A stretch of DNA of 64,000 nucleotides, taken from the IMG/VR virus record IMGVR_UViG_3300017963_000192, positions 124,001 to 188,000 of that record. One strand, written 5' to 3'. How positions within the stretch are numbered: position 1 is the stretch's first letter; each line of letters begins with the position of its first letter. Under the pieces are notes generated by a model, which had not been told where the DNA came from, made no database searches, and saw only the letters and a list, made by a program, of their open reading frames with translations. Positions 56,201 to 64,000 of the stretch are shown here, piece after piece. Both the position numbers and the translations under genes were made by a program.

Positions 56201-59050
56201 AAAGTTGGTGATTTAGTTTATTGTTATGATGAAAAAGGCGAATTGAAAATATCAAAAGTTACGAATGTTTTTAATAATGGCATTCAAGATTGTATTAAAT
56301 TAAAATGGCAAAGTAGTGGTTCTGGAGATATTGGAGAATTAGTATTAACACCAAATCATTTAGTAAAACACAAATATAAAGGGTGGATTCGTGCTGATTC
56401 ATTAAATCGATATGATAAGATTTTTCATTTAAGAAAGTCCTTACAGAAAAATGGTAGAATTAGATTATATGGGACTAACAAGTTTATGAAATTTGAGGAG
56501 CAAGTTATAAAGGAAGAATATTTTAAAGCTCCATCTAGTTTATTAATTCATCATAAAGATGAAAATCCGTCAAATAATAAAATTTCAAATTTTGAAATTT
56601 TATCTAATTCAAAACATTCAAAATTACACTCTATAAAATTGGTAAAAGAGGGAAGAATTAAATGGGATCATTTAGATAAGTATAGAGATAAGATAAAACG
56701 AAGAACTGGTAAAAACCATTATTATTGGAAAGAATTTAATAAAGAAGATCTTATCCAAATGTTAGAAAATGCTAATGGAGTGATATCTAATTTAAAGATT
56801 GACAAAGAAACATTTAGAAATAAATGCAAATTAGTTGGTTTTGATTATAAAAAATATAAATATTTTTATTCTAAAAAAGTTGGATATCTTGATGAGAAAA
56901 AAATTGTTAATGTTTTATATAAATTTGAAAAAGAATCCAATTCATTTGATAAATGTGCAAGGTACTTAGGAATAGGTAGATCTAAACTTAAAGAGTTATG
57001 TGACTATTACGGTATTTCTACAAATCATATGATTTTATCTGTAACACCTTTTGGAAAATGCAAAGTATATGATCTAGAAGTAGAAGAACACCACAATTTC
57101 ATTGCTAATGAAATTTGTGTTCATAATTGTCTTTCCCCACCTATTCAAACCATCCCTAGAAAGAACAAGATTAGAAACATGATTGTTCCCAGAGATGGAG
57201 GAAAGCTTGTTGTTGCAGACTTATCTCAAATAGAATTAAGAATCTTGGCAATGATTAGTGGTGATCAAAGAATGATAAACGCTTTTGAAAGTGGTGTTGA
57301 TTTTCATACTGCAACAGCTTGCAGTATGTTTAGAATAAATCCTAATGAATTTGATAAAAATAATTCTAAACATAATGAATTTAGAAGTGTTGCAAAATGT
57401 GTTCATCCATCATCTTTAATTATTTATAATCTTGAAATAAAAAGAATGTGTGATATTGTTAAGAATAGTAAAGAAGATTCTTTTGAAAAAATACAAGGAC
57501 ATATTTGGAACGGTAAAAATATTGTTGATTTAAAAAACACATATAAATCTAACAAAGGTAAGAGAATATTAATTTCTGCTCACAAGTCTATTTTAGTGTG
57601 TTCTGAAAATCATCAAGTACAGTTAAAAGATGGTTCGTTAAAAAAGGCAAAAGATATTAAAGAGAAAGATGTTTTATGTGATGTATCCTTTCCTGATTTA
57701 GTGTCAATGCCACAAAGTATTAAGATAAATCCTTTTAATGGAGAAGATGAACAAGGATTAACATTATGGTTAGATGAAAAATGGGCATATTTAGCTGGCG
57801 TATATACAGGAGATGGGTGCTATGCTGAAAAACATATTAGTATTTCTACTGGAAGTGAAAGCAAACACGAAGATTGGAAGGATGTTTTAATAAAAGCTTT
57901 TGATGATGTCGGAATTTATGCTAAAAAAAGAGATTCTCATTTTGATAAAAAAAGAAATAGAAATAGTAAAAGTAGTTCTGTGTACGTTGGTTCAACTAGA
58001 ACAAGAAGATTTTTTGATAAACTTGAACTGACAAAAGAGGGTGAAGGAAAAACATTAAGAGTTCCTCTGTGGGTGTTAAATAATTATGATAATTGTTGGG
58101 CATTCCTTGGTGGATTATTGGATACTGATGGAACAGTTACAACTGATCCATTAAGTAGAACATTGTCTATTACAACAAAGTCTTGGGAGTTAATGCAGGA
58201 TTTAACAGTATTGTTAAACAGATTAGGAATTGAATACGGAATAGAAAATACTTTCAATAAAACATATAAAAGATATTATTTTAGAGTGCAGATTTATGCA
58301 CGAAATACTGAAGAGATTTTTAATAGAAAGATAATGCGTTGTCCATACAAAGTTGAAAGATTAAAGAAAAAAGTAGAGACCCTTAAAAACAGAAGAAGAT
58401 CTAACCATAACAAAGATAATTTTGTTAAAAGAATTGAAGTATTAGATGAGGGAGATTTATTTGATATTGAAGTTGATTCTAAAGATCATCTTTATTGGGT
58501 AAATGGTATAGTAACTCACAACACAATAAACTTCGGAATAGCTTACGGAAGAGGTGCTTATTCTATCGTTGTTGAGTTAAGAGACTTCTATGGTATTGAT
58601 ATTACTCAAGATGAGGCAAGTAACTTTATTAACACTTTTTATGGGACGTATAAAGATGTTAAAAGATGGATGATAGAGACAGTTAATTTTGCAAGAACTT
58701 ATGGATATGTTGAAACAATTTATGGTAGAAAGAGATTTTTACCTATGATACATAGTTCTAATACAGAAGATAAAGCGAAAGCAGAGAGACAGGCAGTTAA
58801 TACTATGATTCAATCTTCTGCATCAGACGTGAACAACATTGCACTTATTAGAATAGGGAAATGGTTGGACGATAGCAATAAAAAATCTATGCTAATCGGA
58901 TGTGTTCACGATAGTATTTTAGTAGATAGCCCAGAGGATGAGGTTGAAGAAGTTTCTGAAAAACTTGTGGAGTGTATGACTAAAGATGTACCACGAATAA
59001 CTATTCCGCTTAAAGCGGATTTAGATATATTAGACAAATGGGAGAAATGA
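53267..59050 (+). CDS. polA: family A DNA polymerase with N-terminal family-4 UDG domain and 3'-5' exonuclease; three inteins, about 860 aa spliced
   Basis: CKKCKL, IGEAPG, NAVK/CRP, YHPA; DLETSG, YSAMDAD; TGRLS, ADLSQIELR, RSVAK/TINFGIAYG, VHDS. Confidence 0.95.
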   Translation: MQVEEIRAIPQGIRTRPQMLDKVFDNKFCKKCKLYQCAKNPYIEGRGNKNAKLLIIGEAPGKNEDEMGQVFVGSSGKTLQERLNRYDIDYYITNAVKCLDGKSLVKTKEGNKRINWIVKNKWDGEVLSINKDGEFVWKNIYGWHRSLINNRDIYKISIIDGKNNPNGKPNILVTEDHIIITERGEVLAKDLVSGKDKIATGTPYFGGHRSEQLIIGSLMGDAFVSNRNYLEERHSLKQREYLLLKTKLLEYWKPSISKGTIRNNKKSYSYIGYRISSTLFFKQLRKQFYKNGKKIFPEHYVNRLNIFGLAIIFMDDGYGRYYDNNKHSRSEDTFQVEIALGKIDEKSAKNIVNRFKELGYDVYVTNKDIYRLRFKYKKAYKFLKDIAKYVPHSMRYKLPESLRDYPFMESAYKPEKTKTYYSEINVSKVDYSKLSNSKSVYCIDVKDTHNFVTPSGVVHNCRPTDAQSKNRTPRPVEIKCCLPFTMKIIEEIKPKVILTLGRIPMSQILGLNLSMKIMRGHTYYHPELNVTIIPTYHPAYLGRVNDALYYKQFENDLLIANNLAYAPAKRILPPSPISMKDPIEIKEYLESLLNVDAIAIDLETSGTDHINDKITDISFCAKAGEGVHISWDDIIPHFELLSEVMMSDAVKVGQNFTFDIKFLRMAGVDVNNYSFDTLLAEHMLTMSYEKKEVSGLYKLKNMAWKGTPMGGYEEVLGSGGIKKAVKKKEKKKDEDVFQGNLFENPNEKKNEELEKFANVIDVIRKKKLEDSGLEPLEYYSAMDADVTFRLFQRQKPLIDKDFSFPFYEIVMPLSWTLMRVEENGIRLNSDYMNSIKIDNLENMERCKQELFNLAGKEFNLNSTDDLKDLIFNKLKITPSDEFKTKPSKTYPDGQYSTDEKAIAYYSSKNPALNFLIEYRKLYKENSTYIDGFKKFMQEDTWRVHPNYLQHSTATGRLSCISEGTKITMVGEERNIENVKVGDLVYCYDEKGELKISKVTNVFNNGIQDCIKLKWQSSGSGDIGELVLTPNHLVKHKYKGWIRADSLNRYDKIFHLRKSLQKNGRIRLYGTNKFMKFEEQVIKEEYFKAPSSLLIHHKDENPSNNKISNFEILSNSKHSKLHSIKLVKEGRIKWDHLDKYRDKIKRRTGKNHYYWKEFNKEDLIQMLENANGVISNLKIDKETFRNKCKLVGFDYKKYKYFYSKKVGYLDEKKIVNVLYKFEKESNSFDKCARYLGIGRSKLKELCDYYGISTNHMILSVTPFGKCKVYDLEVEEHHNFIANEICVHNCLSPPIQTIPRKNKIRNMIVPRDGGKLVVADLSQIELRILAMISGDQRMINAFESGVDFHTATACSMFRINPNEFDKNNSKHNEFRSVAKCVHPSSLIIYNLEIKRMCDIVKNSKEDSFEKIQGHIWNGKNIVDLKNTYKSNKGKRILISAHKSILVCSENHQVQLKDGSLKKAKDIKEKDVLCDVSFPDLVSMPQSIKINPFNGEDEQGLTLWLDEKWAYLAGVYTGDGCYAEKHISISTGSESKHEDWKDVLIKAFDDVGIYAKKRDSHFDKKRNRNSKSSSVYVGSTRTRRFFDKLELTKEGEGKTLRVPLWVLNNYDNCWAFLGGLLDTDGTVTTDPLSRTLSITTKSWELMQDLTVLLNRLGIEYGIENTFNKTYKRYYFRVQIYARNTEEIFNRKIMRCPYKVERLKKKVETLKNRRRSNHNKDNFVKRIEVLDEGDLFDIEVDSKDHLYWVNGIVTHNTINFGIAYGRGAYSIVVELRDFYGIDITQDEASNFINTFYGTYKDVKRWMIETVNFARTYGYVETIYGRKRFLPMIHSSNTEDKAKAERQAVNTMIQSSASDVNNIALIRIGKWLDDSNKKSMLIGCVHDSILVDSPEDEVEEVSEKLVECMTKDVPRITIPLKADLDILDKWEK
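53558..54646 (+). mobile_element. intein in the UDG domain (363 aa, LAGLIDADG)
   Basis: CLDGKS..VTEDH..GSLMGDA..FMDDG..VVHN|C. Confidence 0.9.
56141..57127 (+). mobile_element. intein in PolA (329 aa, HNH)
   Basis: CISEGT..LTPNH..IHHKDENPSNN..CVHN|C. Confidence 0.9.
57398..58522 (+). mobile_element. intein in PolA motif B (375 aa, LAGLIDADG)
   Basis: CVHPSS..CSENH..GLLDTDG..VTHN|T. Confidence 0.9.
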
Positions 59051-59051
59051 T

Positions 59052-60164
59052 ATGGAAATAACATTAGATAAAATGAAATTAAGTACTACATTGTCGTTTT
59101 TGGACAAGGTAATCAAGAAAAAAGATGTAAGTGAGGTTTATAAAAATTGCCAGTTTAAATTTGAAAATAATTCTCTTACTTTGTATGCTTGTGGTGGACA
59201 GTATGTAGTTAAATCTAGTTATGGTAGAATTGGTGCTACGAACATGAGTTGCCTTGTTGAATATGATGCATTAAATAAATTGATTCCTCTTTTGGATAAT
59301 GATGAAATAATATTTAAGTTCAATTCGGATAATATGGTCATCTTTGATGGTGGAAACGAGTATACTTTTCAATATTTTGTGGAAGGTGATTTTGCTAATA
59401 TAATCGATAGTTTGAGTTTGCAAGTGAGTAGTGAGCCTATAGTTGTAATAGATGTTAGTGAACTTGAGAAAATAAATAAATTTGTATATCCTTGTATAGA
59501 TACTACAAAAAATGCAACTCTTTGTGGGGTTTTTTATGATGGTAATTTTGTTACTACTGATATAAAAAGTTGTGCAATTTATCATTACGATGAAAAAGAG
59601 AGTGATGATACTATATTTATACCAAAGGATGGCTTTGATATTATTAGCACTTTATCTGAAAAGGATTTAACATTTTCTTTTCATCATTCGGAAAACATAG
59701 TAATAGCACAATCTGAAAATGTTTCTTATTTAATTCCTTTAATGTCTGCGAAGTTCCCTAGCTATAAACCTCTTGTTGAGCATGTGAGTAAATATAAAAA
59801 CCAAGTAAGGATTGATAAAGGAAAATTTGTAAAATCTTGTAGTAAACTCCTTGCATTCTCAACGTCTATGTTTAGTGCTGTTAATAAAGCAGATTTTGAA
59901 ATTAATGATATAATTAATATGAAAGCTGGCTCTGATAGAAAAAGAGCTATAGAAGAATTGGCTCCTATAGAATCTAATAGTAACGGGAAAGTAGGATTTT
60001 CTGTTAATGTAGCTCAACTTTTGAGTCAGGTTTCTAAAATAGATGAATCAGAAATAACACTTAAATATGAAGAGGGATCTAAAAACCCTCTATATTTTTA
60101 TGGAGATGAAAACAAAATGTACCTTACTACGTTACTAGTTGGAGGAGAAGAGAATGGAGAATGA
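59052..60164 (+). CDS. dnaN: DNA polymerase III beta-type sliding clamp
   Basis: 370 aa; LCGVFY..VTTD, IFIP, KFPSYKPLV, NPLYF. Confidence 0.7.
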   Translation: MEITLDKMKLSTTLSFLDKVIKKKDVSEVYKNCQFKFENNSLTLYACGGQYVVKSSYGRIGATNMSCLVEYDALNKLIPLLDNDEIIFKFNSDNMVIFDGGNEYTFQYFVEGDFANIIDSLSLQVSSEPIVVIDVSELEKINKFVYPCIDTTKNATLCGVFYDGNFVTTDIKSCAIYHYDEKESDDTIFIPKDGFDIISTLSEKDLTFSFHHSENIVIAQSENVSYLIPLMSAKFPSYKPLVEHVSKYKNQVRIDKGKFVKSCSKLLAFSTSMFSAVNKADFEINDIINMKAGSDRKRAIEELAPIESNSNGKVGFSVNVAQLLSQVSKIDESEITLKYEEGSKNPLYFYGDENKMYLTTLLVGGEENGE

Positions 60165-61506
60165 TTTACCAGATGTAATAAAAGAAATTAACAAAAGCAA
60201 AAAAGCAACAAAGATAACAACACTGACAAAAGCTAAAGCGGCTCGACTTAAAAAAATGTTTTCTGGTTCTGTATCTGTAGATGCTATTTCAAATGGTGGT
60301 TATGCTTATCGAAGAATACATCTGTCTTTTGGTTCAAAGAGTGCTGGAAAGAATGCTCTCCTTTATCAAATGATGGCATATAATCAAAGACTTTGTAGAG
60401 ATTGTGGTGGAATTAGAGCAATTTATTGGGGAGTTAAAGAAGATAGACATTCACTTTTTATGAAATACGTATTAAAAATACCTCAATGTTTGTGTGGAGG
60501 TCAAGGAAAAATATTCTTAATTCTTGATTATGAAAAATCAATTGATGTTGAGGAACCTAGAAAGGTAGAGGTTGTAGAATGTTTTGACAGGACTACTGGA
60601 GAACAGGTTTCTGATGTAGAATATGAAGATGCTAATGATAAATACAAAAAGCTATGTGCTAAAGAAAAACTCACAGAGAAACAACAAAAAACACTTGAAG
60701 ATTTAGAAGTTTGGTTAGATAAGCTTGATGTTAAAAAGCAAATCATTGAACAATTGTCTACTGCTGATTATCTTGTTGCGTGTGGGGTTCTTATTGATGA
60801 ACTTCTAATTGCTGACCCAGAAGATACCGAAGAAGGTATTGAACATTGTAGAAAGATAATTAAAGAAAGAGGTGTTGACGGGATTATCTGGGATTCAATT
60901 CAAGCAGCAATACCTAAATGGGTTAAAGAGAGAGATGCCGAAGCTGATACAATGGGTAAAGAGGCAAAGCAAAACGCATTATTAATGCGTCATATCTGTA
61001 GTTCCTTTGCAGCAAGAGATTTAGAAGATGAGATGGAAGCATATAAACCAGGTTTCTTCTTGACAAGTCAAATGAGAAGTTCTATGAGTATGTATGAGCA
61101 AGATAGCTATTCTGGAGGACATGGAATAAAACATCATATAAGTTTTGCTTTAGAGCACAAACGTAATAAATTTTTAAAAGAAGATGGAACTGAAGCGTCT
61201 TTTAAAGAACAATTCTACGGGCAAGAAATAAGATTACGTGCAGAAAAGAATAAGTTTGGTCCTCCTGGAGATATGTATACTGTCGATTATTATTTCAGAG
61301 AATCTGAGCATCATAGTGTTGGAGAGATTGATCATACAAAAGAGATAGTTAATTTAGGTATTTCTAAGGGACTTATTGAAAGGGCTGGAGCATATTATAA
61401 AACTAAGGGAGAGTCATTTCAGGGGATGGCAAGACTTACAGAATTCTTTAGAGAGAATCCTGAATTTGTAGGAAACTTGTATGAAGATATACAAGAGAAA
61501 TTATAA
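60154..61506 (+). CDS. recA: RecA-like recombinase with insertions
   Basis: SGSVSVDAISNGG, GSKSAGKN, LDYEKSID, WDSIQA, SQMR, SGGHGIKH, KNK, ERAGAYY. Confidence 0.85.
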   Translation: MENDLPDVIKEINKSKKATKITTLTKAKAARLKKMFSGSVSVDAISNGGYAYRRIHLSFGSKSAGKNALLYQMMAYNQRLCRDCGGIRAIYWGVKEDRHSLFMKYVLKIPQCLCGGQGKIFLILDYEKSIDVEEPRKVEVVECFDRTTGEQVSDVEYEDANDKYKKLCAKEKLTEKQQKTLEDLEVWLDKLDVKKQIIEQLSTADYLVACGVLIDELLIADPEDTEEGIEHCRKIIKERGVDGIIWDSIQAAIPKWVKERDAEADTMGKEAKQNALLMRHICSSFAARDLEDEMEAYKPGFFLTSQMRSSMSMYEQDSYSGGHGIKHHISFALEHKRNKFLKEDGTEASFKEQFYGQEIRLRAEKNKFGPPGDMYTVDYYFRESEHHSVGEIDHTKEIVNLGISKGLIERAGAYYKTKGESFQGMARLTEFFRENPEFVGNLYEDIQEKL

Positions 61507-61985
61507 TGGATAACAAAAAGAGGTCAAAGAAACGAGAGAATAAAGGAGCATCAAATATAGGTGGAAGAAGTCACCCTAATTCTGGAGCAGTTTGGTATAG
61601 AAAAGGAGATTACTCTAACGAGAATTTCTTAATAGAAGATAAATATACTGATGCTGACTATTACTCTCTTTCTTTATCTGTTTTAAATACTGTCGAAAAA
61701 CATGCTAATAAGGTTGGTAAAATACCTGTAGTAAGCATAGGTTTTGAGTCGTATAAGAAAGATTACGCAGTTTTAAGAGAGTGTGATTGCTCTCATATTG
61801 TAGATGAAGATATAGAAATTATTGAAACCGATAAGAAAAGCAAGAGAATCTACTGTGAAGAACTACAAAAAAAATATGTAAATTGCGAAAATATTTTTCT
61901 TTTTAAAGTTAAACTACGTGATAGATTTTATTATATTTTAATGCTAAATGACTTTGAAGATAACATAGATAAATTTTTTTGTTAG
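61506..61985 (+). CDS. PD-(D/E)xK Holliday-junction-resolvase-like nuclease
   Basis: GGRSHPNSGA..KGD..LIEDK. Confidence 0.7.
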   Translation: MDNKKRSKKRENKGASNIGGRSHPNSGAVWYRKGDYSNENFLIEDKYTDADYYSLSLSVLNTVEKHANKVGKIPVVSIGFESYKKDYAVLRECDCSHIVDEDIEIIETDKKSKRIYCEELQKKYVNCENIFLFKVKLRDRFYYILMLNDFEDNIDKFFC

Positions 61986-61994
61986 GAGAGATTC

Positions 61995-62696
61995 ATGGCT
62001 AAATGTCCAGAATGTAATGGATCAGGTTTCATACTAAAGAAAGATAAATACGATGAAGATGTTTGGTCTCCTTGTGAATGCAGAAAGAAAAGAGAAGCAG
62101 AAGTTTCTACAGAGATTAAATTTACAGAGGCTAACATTAGAAAATCATTACGAAGATATACTTTTGAAGACTACCTTAAATACCCGTTTAAAAGAAAAGA
62201 CAAATTACATAACGCCCCACAAATAAAAGAATTTCAAAATTATTTAGAGAATCCTTCTGATTTTCTTGATAATTATTCTGTGTTATGGATTTGGGGAACT
62301 GATGCTAATGCTGGTCACACAACCCTAGCATCAATTTTAGGCATTAAATTACTTGAGTTTGGATATAAAGTTAGATTTTTGGAGATACAACACTTGATAG
62401 AAGCCTTTACAAAGTTTGATGAAAAAGAAGTATTTTTTACAGAACTTAAAAAATTTGATATTTATATTATTAATGATGCGTTTGATGTTGATAGGGGTCA
62501 TGTCGGAGGAAAATATTCTCAGGTTCATTTATACCAATTTATTAATGATGCATTAATTGATGGAAAACATTTTATAATGACATCAAACAGGTTAGTTCGT
62601 GACATAGACAAAGGTGATTTAAAAGATTTCGAACAATCGAAAATAATAATATCAAGGTCAGTCAAACAATTAGAGTTTAGAGGTTCTATAGATTGA
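61995..62696 (+). CDS. DnaC/IstB-like helicase loader with degenerate Walker A
   Basis: CPECNGSG..CEC, YTFEDY, WIWGTDANAGHTTLA, YIIND, MTSN. Confidence 0.7.
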   Translation: MAKCPECNGSGFILKKDKYDEDVWSPCECRKKREAEVSTEIKFTEANIRKSLRRYTFEDYLKYPFKRKDKLHNAPQIKEFQNYLENPSDFLDNYSVLWIWGTDANAGHTTLASILGIKLLEFGYKVRFLEIQHLIEAFTKFDEKEVFFTELKKFDIYIINDAFDVDRGHVGGKYSQVHLYQFINDALIDGKHFIMTSNRLVRDIDKGDLKDFEQSKIIISRSVKQLEFRGSID

Positions 62697-63013
62697 GTAA
62701 AAAAAGGAAGGGAGAAGACAGTAATTTTGAAAAATCTGTAGATGGATTATCAGCAGAAACTATAGCAACATTAAGATGGAAAGCAAATGAGTTAGGCTGT
62801 AGTGTTGGTGAACTCGTGGCAGAAATATTTTTCGGTTACATTTGTGAAATGGAAGAAGCAATGTTAAGATTTTTTAAAAGGGCTTTAGAACAAAAATATA
62901 AAGAAAGTGATATTAAAGATGTTGCAATGTTTACTTTTGGAGCAGACAAGGAAGATGTTGAATTTTTGTTTATGAAAGCTAAAAAAGAAGAATCTAAAAA
63001 AAAGAAAAAGTAG
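62693..63013 (+). CDS. hypothetical protein (possible RHH)
   Basis: LRWKANELGCSVGELV. Confidence 0.45.
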   Translation: MSKKRKGEDSNFEKSVDGLSAETIATLRWKANELGCSVGELVAEIFFGYICEMEEAMLRFFKRALEQKYKESDIKDVAMFTFGADKEDVEFLFMKAKKEESKKKKK

Positions 63014-63244
63014 GTGGTAGTTATGGCTTATGCGTGTAGTATGAGAGTCGCAGGCATAGAGTTCGATATTTATAATGGGGAAAGAGTAAGTCCTACTTTA
63101 ACAAAGTGGGATTATTACGTAACCCCAAGATTGGCTATGCAAATTGACAAGTGGCGCATACAGAATTCTGTTGATAAAATATCTACAAAAGAGCAGATGG
63201 AGTTTTTAATCAGTCAAGGCTTTATAAAAAAATATAGTGAATAA
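63014..63244 (+). CDS. hypothetical protein
   Basis: short ORF in operon. Confidence 0.45.
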   Translation: MVVMAYACSMRVAGIEFDIYNGERVSPTLTKWDYYVTPRLAMQIDKWRIQNSVDKISTKEQMEFLISQGFIKKYSE

Positions 63245-63260
63245 GTAGGAGATTCATGTA

Positions 63261-64000
63261 ATGGCGAATCCTTTAAAAGATATCGGAGGAATACCTGTAA
63301 ATGAAGATAATGAAGCTTTAATCATTACCAATGCTATTAAGAACAAAAAGAACAGAGAAATATTTGTTCGACACATTGATTATAGGTTATTCAGAAGAAA
63401 AGAATTTCAAACAATGGCGTTTGCTATTCAAGCTATTGAAACCTCAAATATGGAAATGAATACTGATGCTATTATTTTGAAATCTAAAACTTGTCCTATT
63501 AAAAAAATAGTTGATTTTGAATTTATAGAAACACTTAAAGAAAATTTTCCTGAAGTGCCGGAGTCAAATTTTATAGAACATCTTGTAACACTTCGTACTG
63601 ATAGTGTCAAAGCTCAAGCATTTGATTTGGTTCATAAGTCTCTTATTAGATCCTTTATGAATCCTCAAGCTGGAATAAAGGATCTCGAAGTTAGGGTACA
63701 GGCATTACAAGATTTAATAACATCTGGATACTCTTCAACAGAATGCCAGTTTCTTACTATGAAAGAGGCTGTAGCTGAATATGTATATGATAAAGAGCAT
63801 GGGGTAAGGAGTAGAACTACTGGTTTCAGACAATTAGACGAAAAACTTATTCAAGGCTTGAAAGAGGAATGGATTTCAATTATTGCAGGTCTGGCGAACA
63901 TGGGGAAGACACATACTTTAAACACTCCTATAATAATGTATGATGGGAGTATTAAAATGATTCAAGATATTGAAGTTGGGGATTTGTTGATGGGCGTTGA
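63261..64000 (+). CDS. dnaB: replicative DNA helicase DnaB, 5' part (runs off window), with intein starting at Walker A
   Basis: open frame MANPLKD..TTGFRQLDEKLIQGL..ISIIAGLANMGK then THTLNTPIIMYDGSIKMIQDIEVGDLLMG. Confidence 0.85.
   Translation, partial: MANPLKDIGGIPVNEDNEALIITNAIKNKKNREIFVRHIDYRLFRRKEFQTMAFAIQAIETSNMEMNTDAIILKSKTCPIKKIVDFEFIETLKENFPEVPESNFIEHLVTLRTDSVKAQAFDLVHKSLIRSFMNPQAGIKDLEVRVQALQDLITSGYSSTECQFLTMKEAVAEYVYDKEHGVRSRTTGFRQLDEKLIQGLKEEWISIIAGLANMGKTHTLNTPIIMYDGSIKMIQDIEVGDLLMGV

Noticed and set aside
1-64000. Genome-wide stop-codon reassignment
   Set aside because: Long genes are intact under code 11, and TAG/TGA end genes at sensible junctions (e.g. 46396, 63013, 59050).

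Overview
AT-rich fragment of a large tailed (jumbo-like) bacteriophage genome. The left part (2.3-21.3 kb) is mostly minus strand and holds the head module: major capsid, decoration, scaffold, prohead protease, internal head proteins and an intein-containing portal. A cluster of palindromic iteron-like repeats at 21.4-21.6 kb marks the strand switch. The right part is mostly plus strand and holds replication, recombination and nucleotide-metabolism genes: two ParB-like proteins, Mre11/Rad50, dUTPase, class II RNR with 4 inteins, SSB, RuvC, Dam, a UDG-PolA fusion with 3 inteins, beta clamp, RecA, a resolvase, a DnaC-like loader and the start of DnaB. The standout element is at 91-2160. It is a self-contained transcription unit encoding a partner protein and a stand-alone Cas7/RAMP-like protein, followed by a non-CRISPR RNA array. 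The array has four tracts of 16-19 pentamers (constant WGA + variable NN on the transcribed strand), separated by covarying 47-nt tRNA-like elements. This looks like an RNA-guided, VIPR-like system with a variant motif. All calls come from reading motifs by eye; no database searches were run.
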